Below are positions 1 to 10,384 of a DNA stretch of 64,000 bases, in pieces (position 1 is the first letter of the stretch; every line of letters starts with the position of its first letter). The stretch is taken from positions 170,766 through 234,765 of the forward strand of contig JAWBSH010000001.1 in the NCBI GenBank assembly GCA_038843015.1. The letters run 5' to 3'. This DNA comes from Zestosphaera sp. (GTDB lineage Archaea; Thermoproteota; Thermoprotei_A; Sulfolobales; NBVN01). A program made the position numbers and the translations under genes. Under the pieces are notes generated by a model, which saw nothing but the letters and a program-made list of their open reading frames with translations, made no database searches and was not told the origin of the DNA.

Positions 1-100
1 GGGACAACTATGATGAGTAGATCCACCAGTATACCAGCTCTTAAAGCTTCCATGAGAGCAAAATGAGAGTCTTTGCCTCCAGTATATAATGCTGCGCCTC

Positions 101-760
101 TCACCCCTCAATACCCTCGGAACTCAGAACTTTAATGATTGCATTAACTGTAGCAGCGAGGCATCGTTCACCATTACTTGAGTAACACATGCCCAAGACT
201 ATCAAGTCGTTATCACGTATCTGAGAATCTCTTAACTGCTGAGGAAGCTCTCCACTCTTTAGTTCTTCCAGCCCGCCCACTAAGGGAAGATAAAAAGCTC
301 CTTTAGAGTATGTCAGTATTAAAGCTCCGTCTGCGCCCTCCTTAACTACCAAGTCTCTAAGAACTATCACTCCGCCCACCTTATACAAGATAGTGCGGCC
401 ATTACTTAAGACAAGTCCAGAGATAGCGCAGTTCGCACACACGCTCTCAATCCTTAAATAAGGAATTAATTTTATGAGGTTCCTAAGACTACCCGCCAGC
501 TCTCTACCAGCTTCTGTTAGTTTAGTTCCATGAGGTCTTGAAATACTGATTAAACCAGCTTCCCTCAACCTGTTAAGCAAAGTCTTAATGCTAGCTTCTC
601 CTAAGCCTGATAACCTCATTAGCTCGTGCCTGCTGCTAATACCACGCACATAAAGAAACTCAAGTACTTTAAAGACGTGATAAGGTGAGAAAGCCGGCTT
701 AACACCGCCTCTCTCCTCAGTTATCTTGAGGAGTATCCTTACTTCCTTCATGCTCTTCAA
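101..760 (-). CDS. putative winged-helix transcription regulator (archaeal DUF4443-like)
   Basis: 219-aa ORF. It has an N-terminal wHTH-like segment (ISSRHELMRLSGLGEASIKTLLNRLREAGLI) and an uncharacterised C-terminal domain. The family name is from memory only. Confidence 0.45.
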   Translation of the reverse strand: MKSMKEVRILLKITEERGGVKPAFSPYHVFKVLEFLYVRGISSRHELMRLSGLGEASIKTLLNRLREAGLISISRPHGTKLTEAGRELAGSLRNLIKLIPYLRIESVCANCAISGLVLSNGRTILYKVGGVIVLRDLVVKEGADGALILTYSKGAFYLPLVGGLEELKSGELPQQLRDSQIRDNDLIVLGMCYSSNGERCLAATVNAIIKVLSSEGIEG

Positions 761-825
761 GAATTACTTGAGTCTAACATTATAAATTAAGAATTAAAAT
801 TTATTTTGTTCATTCCAAATGTTAT

Positions 826-1776
826 TTGGGTGTAAGTCTTATGAGGTACTTGAAAGGCAGGGATTTCCTTTCAGTCGCTGACTTAACCTCAGAGGAGCTT
901 ATGTTCACGCTAAGCACTGCTTACAACCTGAAGCAGAGGTTTTATGGTGGCGAGAGAATAATACCCGTGCTTAAGGGCAAAACAGTCATGATGATCTTCC
1001 AGAAACCAAGCACCAGAACCAGGATTAGTTTTGAGCAAGCTATAGTACAGTTAGGTGGTCACTCAATAACTGTTAACTGGCAGGAACTCCAGTTAGGTAG
1101 AGGCGAAACCATAGCTGACACGGCAAGAGTTCTAGAGAGATACGTTGATGGCATTGTCGCAAGAGTTTACAAACACAGCGACCTAGAAGAACTGGCTAAA
1201 TATGCTAATATACCAGTCATAAACGCTTTAAGCGATAGAGAACATCCGTGCCAGGCAGTAGGAGATATGTTAACAATCTATGAAAAGAAAGGAAGACTGA
1301 AAGGAGTTACGTTAGCTTACGTAGGTGATGGAGGCAATAACGTGGCTCACTCACTAATACTGGCGGCAAGCAAGCTGGGAATCAACGTAAGAGTAGGTAC
1401 TGCGGAGGGTTACGACCCAAACCCAGAGATACTCAAGGTAGCTGAAGAAGAAGCTTCGAGATCTGGTTCAGTAATAGAGATATTGAGGACACCTGAAGAA
1501 GCCGTCAGGGGAGCTGATGTCGTCTATACAGACGTGTGGGTTAGCATGGGTCAGGAAGCAGAAAGAGAAAAAAGAATCAAGGATTTGAGTAAGTTTAGAG
1601 TGACGCCGGAGCTCATGAGACTGGCTAAGAAAGACGCTATATTCATGCACTGCCTGCCAGCACTGAGAGGCATGGAGGTAGTAGATGAAGTCATAGATGG
1701 TGTTTGGTCGGTAGTCTGGGACCAAGCAGAGAACAGGCTACACGCACAGAAAGCTCTGCTCGCTCTCCTCATATAG
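826..1776 (+). CDS. argF: ornithine carbamoyltransferase
   Basis: Carbamoyltransferase motifs STRTR, HPCQ, GDGGNNVAHSL and HCLP, which are typical of OTCase rather than ATCase. ATG 841 is an alternative start to TTG 826. Confidence 0.85.
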   Translation: MGVSLMRYLKGRDFLSVADLTSEELMFTLSTAYNLKQRFYGGERIIPVLKGKTVMMIFQKPSTRTRISFEQAIVQLGGHSITVNWQELQLGRGETIADTARVLERYVDGIVARVYKHSDLEELAKYANIPVINALSDREHPCQAVGDMLTIYEKKGRLKGVTLAYVGDGGNNVAHSLILAASKLGINVRVGTAEGYDPNPEILKVAEEEASRSGSVIEILRTPEEAVRGADVVYTDVWVSMGQEAEREKRIKDLSKFRVTPELMRLAKKDAIFMHCLPALRGMEVVDEVIDGVWSVVWDQAENRLHAQKALLALLI

Positions 1777-1827
1777 TGTTTCCTACCTACTCCTAGTTTA
1801 AAAACTATTACAAAGATAAAAACCAAG

Positions 1828-2463
1828 TTAACGAGACTTTCTAGCAGTCTTCTTACGCTTCTTTCTTCTAGACTTCCTCTTCTTTTTCTTCTTCAGAGAC
1901 TTCCTAGCTAAAGTCTCGAGTTGCTTGCTTTGCTTACTCAAGTACTTTCTTATTTCATCTTTAGTTATTACAGAATCTAATTTATCACTCACTATCTTCA
2001 ACGCGTATATACCGTCCTCTAAATCTCCTTTAACTACTGAATCAAAAGCTATGAGTTCTTCGCTCAACTCAATCTTTTCCGTTTTTAATTTGAGGTCAGT
2101 AAACTCTAGTTCCGTACTCTCGCTAGCGTCGTTGCTCGCCACTACTTTAGCGATTAGTATCTCCTTAACCAGAGCCGGTGTTTTAAGTAGCTGGATACTA
2201 GGAGATACTTTTTTAAGACTAACAAATAGCGTCAAACCATCTCCACTTATTAATGCCGCGTCGGAATTTCTGCATATTTTTCTTAGTTCTTTATACTTTA
2301 TTAGATTGCTGGGTCTTGATTTAAGTACTTCCTCAAAACTTGTTTCAGAGAATTTTACTTTTGCTTCCTTAGTTACCTTATAAAACGATAACGTTAGTTT
2401 GCTGCCTGCTAGTAGTTCTTGTCTTGATAAGCACTTAAGAGAGGCGCTAGGAAGCATAGCCAA
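1828..2463 (-). CDS. hypothetical protein with poly-basic C-terminal tail
   Basis: 211-aa ORF with no recognisable family. It ends in an uninterrupted Lys/Arg tract (KKKKKRKSRRKKRKKTARKSR). Confidence 0.5.
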   Translation of the reverse strand: MAMLPSASLKCLSRQELLAGSKLTLSFYKVTKEAKVKFSETSFEEVLKSRPSNLIKYKELRKICRNSDAALISGDGLTLFVSLKKVSPSIQLLKTPALVKEILIAKVVASNDASESTELEFTDLKLKTEKIELSEELIAFDSVVKGDLEDGIYALKIVSDKLDSVITKDEIRKYLSKQSKQLETLARKSLKKKKKRKSRRKKRKKTARKSR

Positions 2464-2492
2464 TCAACCGGGTCACGCGGGAGTATCTCTGA

Positions 2493-3056
2493 TTATCTTT
2501 TATAGCCTATTTTCCTAAGAAACTCGTGACGGTGCTTCTTACTCTCAGCGTTCTCAACCCCGACTACTGCGAAGCCGTCTACAACTCCTATGACTCCCTT
2601 ACCTTGATTTGTTTCAGCAACTAATACTTGAACAGGGTTTGCCGTAGCTGTGTATATTCTGCACACCTCCTGCACGTTCTTTAGCGAGTTCAACACGTTT
2701 ATGGGCCAAGCATTCCTTAAGTAGATCACGAACGTATGTCCAGCCCCTATCTTGAGAGCGGCGTCTTCAGCTAGCTTGATTAATTCCTCGTCGTTTCCAT
2801 CACTTCTAACTAGCCTCTCACCACTAGCCTCATTGAAAGCTATACCGAACTTAATCACAGTTGATGACGTTATTAGAGCTTCATAAATGTCCTCGACTGA
2901 CTTAATGAAGTGTGTATGACCTATTATGATGTTGGTTCCTTGAGGTACTGGAATATCTACTACCTCTATCTTCTTCAGCTCGCCCACATTCATCACCAGA
3001 AAATAAAAACTCATGAGAAATTTAAAAATTGAGGAGTTGCTTAGTGAAGCAAACAA
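2493..3056 (-). CDS. adenosine-specific kinase family protein (PF04008-like)
   Basis: Conserved core [19 protein letters not shown] ... [20 protein letters not shown] ... VVDG. The family is recalled from memory. The likely true start is the internal Met (MNVGELKK). Confidence 0.55.
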   Translation of the reverse strand: MFASLSNSSIFKFLMSFYFLVMNVGELKKIEVVDIPVPQGTNIIIGHTHFIKSVEDIYEALITSSTVIKFGIAFNEASGERLVRSDGNDEELIKLAEDAALKIGAGHTFVIYLRNAWPINVLNSLKNVQEVCRIYTATANPVQVLVAETNQGKGVIGVVDGFAVVGVENAESKKHRHEFLRKIGYKR

Positions 3057-3546
3057 AGCTTCTGAGAGGCTCTATACTTAATGTAAGGTCTTGCCCCTCC
3101 CGACTCAGTCGATACCCCACAGTATTAAGTAGTCTTACGATATACTCGTAACTTACGCCTGACCTCTCACTAACGCGTAAGGATCTAAAATTAATTCCGG
3201 TCAAGATCGTAATATTGTTTTTCAAGCACTCAACTAACTTAATGTTCTCGCAACAGAAAATGACTTTCATGAACCTACGGAGAGCTGATGGTGGGTTAGC
3301 TAATAATAGCTTAGAAGCAATGTCTTCAGTTAAGAAAGTCTTTATTAAAAGGACACCCCCATAAGAAGTCTTGCAAATCTTGACTCCCTGATCTAGTGGG
3401 AAGAGGGCATCACCTATTTCAAGTTCCGCAAGTTCTTCTTTGCCGTAAATTACGGTAGCTATATAGGTAGGAGGCCAGCAAGGATTTTCTAAGTTTTCTT
3501 CGGCTTCATCACGCACATTCGTTGATTCTCCTGATTGCCTACACAT
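3022..3546 (-). CDS. hypothetical protein (possibly THUMP-like fold)
   Basis: 174-aa ORF in an operon-like arrangement with the downstream gene. It has no diagnostic motif. Confidence 0.4.
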   Translation of the reverse strand: MCRQSGESTNVRDEAEENLENPCWPPTYIATVIYGKEELAELEIGDALFPLDQGVKICKTSYGGVLLIKTFLTEDIASKLLLANPPSALRRFMKVIFCCENIKLVECLKNNITILTGINFRSLRVSERSGVSYEYIVRLLNTVGYRLSREGQDLTLSIEPLRSFVCFTKQLLNF

Positions 3547-3637
3547 GCCTGCTCACATATTCCGAGACTAACTGACAAGCTTCTCTGAAGAAAGTGTTTG
3601 TTGTGACAAGAAAGTAGTTCGTCGCTAGTCTAGCGTT

Positions 3638-3877
3638 TCACTTCTCAACACATAGTTTCTCCTTAATATGCTTAAAGAAAGATGGCGGCGTCCAAGCCAC
3701 CCAAGCTGGAAACCTCTTTACAAAATCGTAGGCTTCCTCCCAGCTCTCAAGACCTAACTCACGCGCAAGCTCCTCAAGAGTTAATGAAAACCTCATATAC
3801 TTGTATACAGTGTCTAGAACGTCCTCAGTAACTAGCACTTCCTTACCGCTACTCAACTTCACAGTCAGCTCACACAT
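3638..3877 (-). CDS. small hypothetical protein
   Basis: 79-aa ORF with ordinary codon usage and no recognisable motif. Confidence 0.35.
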   Translation of the reverse strand: MCELTVKLSSGKEVLVTEDVLDTVYKYMRFSLTLEELARELGLESWEEAYDFVKRFPAWVAWTPPSFFKHIKEKLCVEK

Positions 3878-4301
3878 ACTCCTAAACCCACAACAACTTA
3901 AACATGAAGCTTATAAATATGTTAGGTGTTCAGCTCTTATGTTAGTTTCATCATCTCTATTCCCTTGCATCGGTCTTGGTTTGTATTACTGTGTACATGA
4001 CCACGTTTCTGTCTCCTGTGAGTCCGCATCTAGAGCATGTAGATGATGTTTTGTAGTGACTGTATTCTTCATAGAACTATAGTGATAACTTCTTACTGAA
4101 TGTTTTGCTCTCTCTTTACATTGTTTTTGGGTTTGCTCAGGTTCTCGAGAACAATACAGTAGAACCGCGCTCATCGGCTAGTTCTGTCATCGTTATGTGG
4201 GATTACGCTCAGAAGATTCGCTTCTCATTCTCTTACCGAGTTGCGCGAGGTGCCACAAAACACTGGGTTGTTAGATTCTCTGCGCACCTCGGTACTTCAA
4301 T

Positions 4302-4357
4302 GGATCAGTAACACGAGCCTTCATCACTTCTTCAGACGATGACCACTCTTCATCTCC
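4302..4357 (-). ncRNA. C/D box sRNA (2'-O-methylation guide)
   Basis: Minus-strand read: GGAG-AUGAAGA(C)-11 nt-CUGA(D')-AGAA-GUGAUGA(C')-12 nt-CUGA(D)-UCC. It spans 49 nt from C to D and has GGA/UCC terminal pairing. It lies about 22 nt downstream of tRNA-Lys on the same strand. Confidence 0.75.
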
Positions 4358-4379
4358 AAGCGTTTATGATCTTGAGTTG

Positions 4380-4476
<97 letters not shown>

Positions 4477-4567
4477 TTCCTTTAGATTGACTCACAAGAG
4501 TTTTTAAGTATTTCACGCGTGTTCTGCGATTAAGAAGTAAGTTTAAATACTATGTAGCGGTTAGATA

Positions 4568-5131
4568 GTGTTTGGAGTACACATGATAAGGTCTTTAGTG
4601 AGTCTAGCTACGTACTACCACGAACTGAGTCCTGTTAAGGTAGCTGTTTTTAGGGATTTAGGCAAGTTAACTGTAGGAGGCTCTACTGAACTACTAAGTA
4701 GGGGTGTTGAGGCATCAATTCCTTTCTGGCTAGCGGAACTCCTAAGCGGGGAGGGCTTAGTAGAAATCAAGGAAAACATGCTAGAGCCTCGAGACGTCGC
4801 GATGGCTTTAATAAGCGAGAAAGGAAGTAACGAGAAAGAATTCGCGAAGCTGAAGCCAAGGTTTTACCCAGAGATACGTAGACTCATACGTAAGACTAGA
4901 GAAGAGTCTATGAAAGAGCCGGAAGCAGCCGTTAGCTTACTTAAGCTTGAGAGCAACCTTGACGACTTAATTCAGTACAGGCTTAGGAAACTAACTAGAA
5001 TAGCTGTCTTATCTACGGAAGAAGAAATCGACGAGTACTTAAGTAAGATACTAGTTGAGGAAGGCATCCTCTTAAAGATTCTTAAATCATTAATCAGTGG
5101 GTGGAGGTTGTCTATTAGTGAGCGAAAATAA
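4568..5131 (+). CDS. GINS complex subunit (Gins23-like)
   Basis: 187-aa ORF immediately upstream of and overlapping mcm, the arrangement known from Sulfolobus gins23-mcm. It has a Psf2/3-like motif (SIPFWLAELLSGEGLVEI). Confidence 0.65.
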   Translation: MFGVHMIRSLVSLATYYHELSPVKVAVFRDLGKLTVGGSTELLSRGVEASIPFWLAELLSGEGLVEIKENMLEPRDVAMALISEKGSNEKEFAKLKPRFYPEIRRLIRKTREESMKEPEAAVSLLKLESNLDDLIQYRLRKLTRIAVLSTEEEIDEYLSKILVEEGILLKILKSLISGWRLSISERK

Positions 5132-7256
5132 CAGAACTGAAGATTTAGAAGTGCGTGAGGTCTTCATAGAACATAAGGTAGATGTAGAACTCATTAAGTC
5201 TTTCTTAAGCAACTTTAAGAGTCGTGACGGGTCTTTCAAGTATAAAGAAAGAATAAGGAGGATGATTCGAGAAGGGAGTAAGTCTCTGCTAATAGATTAT
5301 GAAGACCTAGCAACCTACGACGTCAATTTAATAGAGTTTATAGAGAAAAACCCTGATGAAGCTTTCAACGCTTTCAACAACGCTTTAAGAGACTTAATAA
5401 GAGGTGAATATCCCGAATACATTGAAAAATTTGAGAAGTTTTACGCTAGACTCAACGGCTGGGTAAAAACAGTAGCTATAAGGGGAGTTACTAGCGATTA
5501 CTTAGGTAAGCTAATAGCAGTCGACGGCGTTATCGTTAAAGCGACACCGCGTAAGAGTAAACTCTATAAGGCTCTATACGTCCACATATTATCAAATGGT
5601 GAGAAACACGAGTTTTGGTGGCCACCTGAAGAGAGGGAGGAGCTGAGAGACGAGGTTGAGAGGCCTCCGTACTGTCCTGTCTGTGTTAGTGTAGTAACTG
5701 AGGAAGAGCGGTTCAGGAGAGGCACTATAAAGCTAGAGCCTGAGCGGTCTAAGTACAGAGATTGGCAGTTAGTAGTTATTCAGGAGAGGCCTGAGGAAGT
5801 GCCTGCAGGGCAAATACCTAGGTCTATAGAAGTAGTCTTAACAGACGACCTAGTCGACGTTGCTAGACCCGGCGATAGAGTTACCGTGATCGGTGTTGTT
5901 AGGTTGACTAGATCGAGCAGATTTAACAAGATTATCTACACCCCGTATATTGAAGCTAATAACGTCGTTGTAGCACAAAGACTACTTGAAGAACTGAAAC
6001 TCAGTACTGAGGATGAAGCCAAGATAATCGAACTTTCTCGAGACCCTTTAGTAAGGCGTAAGATAATAGCCAGCATAGCTCCAACAATTTACGGCATGTG
6101 GGATGAGAAAGAAGCTATAGCGCTAGCATTATTCGGAGGTAATTCTAAGACTACACGAGACGGGACCAGACTCAGAGGAGACATACACGTCTTAATGGTA
6201 GGAGACCCAGGGACTGCTAAGTCACAACTACTACAATATGCTGCCAGGATAGCTCCTAGAGGAATCTATACTACTGGTAAAGGCTCCAGCGCAGCAGGTC
6301 TTACAGCAGCAGTAGTCAAAGACAAGCAGACAGGCGAGTATTTTCTAGAAGCTGGAGCAATGGTGTTAGCTGACGGAGGAATAGTAAGCATCGATGAAAT
6401 CGACAAAATGCGTGATGAAGACAGAGTAGCTATCCACGAGGCTATGGAGCAGGGTAGCGTAAGCATAGCTAAGGCAGGCATAGTCGCTAGATTAAACGCT
6501 AGAACAACAGTGATAGCTGCTGGGAATCCTAAGAGAGGCAGATACGTAAGTAGTGAGAGCGTTGCCGAAAATATCGACTTACCAGTAACGATACTCTCGA
6601 GGTTTGACTTAATATTCATAGTGAGAGACCTACCTAACATAACGAGAGACACCTCACTGTCAAGCTACGTCCTAAAAACTCACGAGAAGGTGGGCTACGT
6701 TGAGTCAGAGATCCCCCCAGACCTCCTCCGTAAATACATAGCTTACGCAAGAAAATACGTAAAACCTGAGCTTACTGAGGAGGCAGAGAAGATAATTAGA
6801 GAATACTACATAGAATTGAGAAAGAAGAGTGCTGAAAGAGAAGACGCTCCGCTCGCCATAACTACTAGACAATTAGAAGCTCTCATCAGACTTGCAGAAG
6901 CGCATGCTAAAATGAAGCTCAAAAATAAGGTAGAAGCTGAAGACGCTGTAGAAGCAGTAAGACTAATGAACACAGTCTTAGAACAGGTAGGTATGGACGT
7001 AGAGACAGGAACTATAGACGTAGACTTAATAATGACCGGCAAAGCTAAGAGTATGCGAGAGAAGGAAGTCACTATCGTTAAGTTAATAAGAGAGATAATG
7101 AGTACTGGCGAAGAATGCGTTAAGTATAAGGAGCTACGTAAGAAAGCTTATGATTACGGAATAGACGAGGAAGTCCTTGAGAAAATAATCAAGAACTTGA
7201 AACGTAATGGCGAAATATACGAACCTAAAGCGTCCTGTTACGCTATAACAGACTAA
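5097..7256 (+). CDS. mcm: MCM replicative helicase
   Basis: Walker A GDPGTAKS, Walker B SIDEIDKM, arginine-finger region SRFDLIF and an N-terminal zinc/OB region (CPVC). The likely start is GTG near 5119. Confidence 0.95.
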   Translation: MGGGCLLVSENNRTEDLEVREVFIEHKVDVELIKSFLSNFKSRDGSFKYKERIRRMIREGSKSLLIDYEDLATYDVNLIEFIEKNPDEAFNAFNNALRDLIRGEYPEYIEKFEKFYARLNGWVKTVAIRGVTSDYLGKLIAVDGVIVKATPRKSKLYKALYVHILSNGEKHEFWWPPEEREELRDEVERPPYCPVCVSVVTEEERFRRGTIKLEPERSKYRDWQLVVIQERPEEVPAGQIPRSIEVVLTDDLVDVARPGDRVTVIGVVRLTRSSRFNKIIYTPYIEANNVVVAQRLLEELKLSTEDEAKIIELSRDPLVRRKIIASIAPTIYGMWDEKEAIALALFGGNSKTTRDGTRLRGDIHVLMVGDPGTAKSQLLQYAARIAPRGIYTTGKGSSAAGLTAAVVKDKQTGEYFLEAGAMVLADGGIVSIDEIDKMRDEDRVAIHEAMEQGSVSIAKAGIVARLNARTTVIAAGNPKRGRYVSSESVAENIDLPVTILSRFDLIFIVRDLPNITRDTSLSSYVLKTHEKVGYVESEIPPDLLRKYIAYARKYVKPELTEEAEKIIREYYIELRKKSAEREDAPLAITTRQLEALIRLAEAHAKMKLKNKVEAEDAVEAVRLMNTVLEQVGMDVETGTIDVDLIMTGKAKSMREKEVTIVKLIREIMSTGEECVKYKELRKKAYDYGIDEEVLEKIIKNLKRNGEIYEPKASCYAITD

Positions 7257-7321
7257 ACTAGTAGTTATTCGTGAATCATGCTTGCAGTAACTTTATGATA
7301 TTTAAACTTAAAAAGAAATAC

Positions 7322-8266
7322 TTAAGCTTCAACAGGGCCTATGACTTCTTTCCCAGCCAGCTTATTTATGTAGGCTACCTGCTCATCAACATATTTTTGT
7401 ATGGCGTTTATCTCTTCCTCCGTGAGATGTCTGAATCTCCCTTGAAGCTTCAAGTACTCCCTTACAGGCTTTCTCTTAGGCACTGGAGTAGTCACGTTTA
7501 GTACTCCGTTTTCTATTTCGTAATTTACCCAAATACCTGTCTGGACAGCTAGCTTAGCTATCGTTATAGTTAGTGCTGGCTCGTACCTCCAGCCAGGCAC
7601 ACAAGGAGAGAACGCGTGTATTAGTTTAGGTCCCTTAATACTCATGGCTTTACTTATCTTCATGTAGAGGTCAGGAAGATATGCTGGGTTTATAGTGGCT
7701 ACATACGGGACTCTGTGTGCTAATGCTATACCAACAATATCTTTCTTAGGTCTCCACTCACCATGCCATATCTTCCCGACAGGCGTAGTCGTAGTCCAGG
7801 CTCCTAACGGCGTGGCTCCACTCCTCTGTATACCCGTGTTCATGTATGCCTCGTTATCATAAACTATGTAGAGAATGTCATGCCCTCTCTCAAGCATTCC
7901 CGAGAGTGCCTGGATGCCTATGTCGAAAGTCCCGCCATCACCCCCTATAGTCACGACTTTAATTTCTCTCTCAGCAGGCATCTGCCCTTTTCTCTTAAGA
8001 ACTTTAATAGCCGCCTCAACCCCTGAAGCACCGGCCGCAGCGTTCTCGAAAGCTATGTGTAACCACGGATGCATCCAAGAAGTTTCAGGATACAGCGTCG
8101 TAGTCACTTCAACACAACCAGTCGCTTGAACTATTATTGAGTCTTTAGGTATTGCCTTAGTTATATGCCGCATTAGTATAGCAGCACCGCAACCCTGACA
8201 CATTCTATGTCCGGGCGCGAACCTTTCTTCACGCGGTAAATCCCTAATAGTCAGGACTTTACTCAT
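7322..8266 (-). CDS. porB: 2-oxoacid:ferredoxin oxidoreductase beta subunit (POR/VOR type, TPP-binding)
   Basis: TPP motif GGDGGTFDIG, an N-terminal Cys cluster (CQGCG) and operon context with the alpha, delta and gamma subunits. Confidence 0.9.
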   Translation of the reverse strand: MSKVLTIRDLPREERFAPGHRMCQGCGAAILMRHITKAIPKDSIIVQATGCVEVTTTLYPETSWMHPWLHIAFENAAAGASGVEAAIKVLKRKGQMPAEREIKVVTIGGDGGTFDIGIQALSGMLERGHDILYIVYDNEAYMNTGIQRSGATPLGAWTTTTPVGKIWHGEWRPKKDIVGIALAHRVPYVATINPAYLPDLYMKISKAMSIKGPKLIHAFSPCVPGWRYEPALTITIAKLAVQTGIWVNYEIENGVLNVTTPVPKRKPVREYLKLQGRFRHLTEEEINAIQKYVDEQVAYINKLAGKEVIGPVEA

Positions 8267-9450
8267 TCTCTCACCCCAATAAACAGAGGCTCTTTAGGCA
8301 AATCTGAGGCAGGTTTATCTTTTAGTTCAGAGAGCTTACTGAACATCACGCCTATGTGTTCATGCGTTACTGGTCTTCCCCCAAGACCGGACACAAAGCT
8401 CAGAGTCTTAGTATCTACTCCGTGCTTACTCAGCGTTGTAACAATCTCTGAATGTAGGGGTCCTGGAGACGGAGAACCAGGTATTAAAGCTCTATCAACA
8501 ACCCCGATAATCTTAACGTCTTCAAGATGTTTCACTACCAGATCTTCTGGGAAGGGCCTGTAGAGCTTCACTTTAAGCACTCCTGCTCTAGAATTTTTGC
8601 CTCTAACCCTACTTAGGTAAGCTTTAATGTTGCCCACAACATGCCCCATAGCTACTAACACTATTTCAGGGTTATCATCACCGTAATACTCTACCGCACC
8701 ATACCTCCTGCCAAACACCCTAGCAAATTCCTCAACACTCTTCTCAAAGACTTCTCTAGACTTCTTCATCGCCTCATATTGTTGCTTCTTGAACTCAAAA
8801 TACCATTGAGGGTCTCCTAAAGCACCGATAGTTGCAGGTCTGTTAGGGTCTAGCGTGAACCAGGTCTTTCTCTTCGGTGCGAAACTCAACGCCTCATCTC
8901 TTTCTATTACGTTAATAGGCTCGATCGTGTGTGTCATGAAGTACCCGTCAAGGGCTGTAACCACGGGTAAGAGGACTTCTGGGTCCTCTGCTATCTTATA
9001 AGCAAGTATGATGTCATCATGCGCCTCCTGATTATTTTCTGCCATCATCATGACCCAGCCAGTATCTGAGACAGCCATGAAATCACTATGATCATTCCAT
9101 ATGTTTATAGGTGCTGAGAGAGCTCTCGTCGCTATCGTCATGACAATAGGTAGTCTTAGTGAGGAAGCTATGAACATTATTTCGTACATTAAAGCTATCC
9201 CCTGCGAAGAAGACGCTGTATAAACTCTAGCTCCGACAGCCGCCGCGCCAATAGCTGCTGAAAGAGCTGAATGCTCTGATTCCACATGAATCATTTCAGC
9301 GTCTAACTCTCCATTAGCTATGAATTCTGCTAGCTTCTCAACTATTGTAGTCTGAGGGGTTATTGGGTACGCGGAAATCACGTCCACGTCTGCTGATTTG
9401 ACAGCATACGCTACTGCTGAATTACCTGAGAGCGGAACTACCTTACCCAC
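8263..9450 (-). CDS. porA: 2-oxoacid:ferredoxin oxidoreductase alpha subunit
   Basis: 395-aa ORF with a typical POR-alpha N-terminus (GNSAVAYAVKSADVDVISAYPITPQT). It overlaps the beta-subunit start. Confidence 0.9.
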   Translation of the reverse strand: MGKVVPLSGNSAVAYAVKSADVDVISAYPITPQTTIVEKLAEFIANGELDAEMIHVESEHSALSAAIGAAAVGARVYTASSSQGIALMYEIMFIASSLRLPIVMTIATRALSAPINIWNDHSDFMAVSDTGWVMMMAENNQEAHDDIILAYKIAEDPEVLLPVVTALDGYFMTHTIEPINVIERDEALSFAPKRKTWFTLDPNRPATIGALGDPQWYFEFKKQQYEAMKKSREVFEKSVEEFARVFGRRYGAVEYYGDDNPEIVLVAMGHVVGNIKAYLSRVRGKNSRAGVLKVKLYRPFPEDLVVKHLEDVKIIGVVDRALIPGSPSPGPLHSEIVTTLSKHGVDTKTLSFVSGLGGRPVTHEHIGVMFSKLSELKDKPASDLPKEPLFIGVRE

Positions 9451-9771
9451 TTACCTCACCTCAGGAACCATCTCTATAGCTTTAACAGGACATTCCTGCG
9501 CACATATGCCGCAGCCCTTACAATAATCGTAGTCTATCAGGTAGGACACCTCATACCTCCTATTCGTTGAAGTGACGTAAGGTTTGTCAGCCTCTATTAT
9601 CGCTGGCTCCGGGCAGTAAGACCAGCATATACGACACCTAATACACTTATCCTGATTTATGACAGGTCTTAAAGTCCTCCACTCATGAGTTTTGTAACGC
9701 CTTGAAGAGCCTGGCTCCAGTATAATCGCTCCTACCGGTAATTCTCTCCAGGAAGGCAACCTACTACTCAA
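9451..9771 (-). CDS. porD: 2-oxoacid:ferredoxin oxidoreductase delta subunit (2x[4Fe-4S] ferredoxin)
   Basis: Two CxxCxxCxxxCP motifs (CIRCRICWSYCP and CKGCGICAQECP). Confidence 0.9.
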   Translation of the reverse strand: MSSRLPSWRELPVGAIILEPGSSRRYKTHEWRTLRPVINQDKCIRCRICWSYCPEPAIIEADKPYVTSTNRRYEVSYLIDYDYCKGCGICAQECPVKAIEMVPEVR

Positions 9772-10364
9772 GGTCTCACCACCTTAAGTAATCTGTAAGA
9801 TTCGTTAATTATGTTTATGTTAGCCTCAGCTAACCTTTCAGGAAACCTCTCTCTAACTACTTCTATAACGTTATCTAGAGACACTACGTGAGTAGCAGCT
9901 ACTAAAGCACCTATCATAGCTGTGTTAACTATGGGTAGCTTAAATATGTTCATTGCAATACTCGTAGCGTCGACTGTTGCTATGGTGACTCTCAAGCGCC
10001 TTAAATCCGCTATCTCATCTAATATCTCTGAGGGCTCTTTAGTAGTGTTTGCTACTAAGTAACCACCTTCTTTCAACCCTCCAAGAACTTTAGGTGATGT
10101 AATCATGAAAGGATCTAACACTACCACAGCGTCTGGGTTAGTTATGGGTGTTCTGTCATAAATAACTTCCCTGTCAATTCTAGTATATGCTGTGACAGGA
10201 GCACCCCTCCTCTCAGCACCAAACTCGGGGAACGCCAAAGCATAGAAACCAGCCTTAATAGCTGCTGAAGCAGTTATGTCTGCAGCCGTTACAGCCCCCA
10301 TGCCGCCACGTCCATGCCACCTAATCTCAAACATTTTGTTAAACCCAAGACAATCTATATCCAA
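9768..10364 (-). CDS. porC: 2-oxoacid:ferredoxin oxidoreductase gamma subunit
   Basis: FEIRWHGRGGMG motif and first position in the gamma-delta-alpha-beta operon. The likely start is the internal Met (MFEIRW). Confidence 0.85.
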   Translation of the reverse strand: MDIDCLGFNKMFEIRWHGRGGMGAVTAADITASAAIKAGFYALAFPEFGAERRGAPVTAYTRIDREVIYDRTPITNPDAVVVLDPFMITSPKVLGGLKEGGYLVANTTKEPSEILDEIADLRRLRVTIATVDATSIAMNIFKLPIVNTAMIGALVAATHVVSLDNVIEVVRERFPERLAEANINIINESYRLLKVVRP

Positions 10365-10384
10365 ATAAAATAAATTAGCGTGAG

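Noticed and set aside
1925-2383. 152-aa plus-strand ORF antisense to 1828-2463. Many similar shadow ORFs lie inside long genes, for example 1468-1826, 6266-6652, 6806-7072, 7875-8129, 13704-13928, 14160-14450, 18945-19298, 27573-27881, 29558-29854, 32564-32923, 34701-35087, 40206-40598, 40692-41057, 45726-46127 and 60793-61140.
   Set aside because: They lie fully inside, and antisense to, ORFs with clear family motifs. Their products are low-complexity Ser/Leu/Thr-rich sequences typical of shadow frames.
4043-4108. Plus-strand AUGAUGU ... GUGAUAA ... CUGA arrangement resembling a C/D sRNA.
   Set aside because: The C'-D guide would be only 7 nt and the D' box is absent.
3878-4301. Small ORFs (3801-4046, 3986-4174, 4105-4311) and hairpins (palindrome GTTCTCGAGAAC at about 4141; CGAGGTGC...GCACCTCG at about 4243-4291) in the gene-poor stretch downstream of the tRNA and sRNA.
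   Set aside because: The ORFs overlap each other and lack any motif. The hairpins are real in the sequence, but I could not fit them to an H/ACA, C/D or terminator model, so no feature is called.
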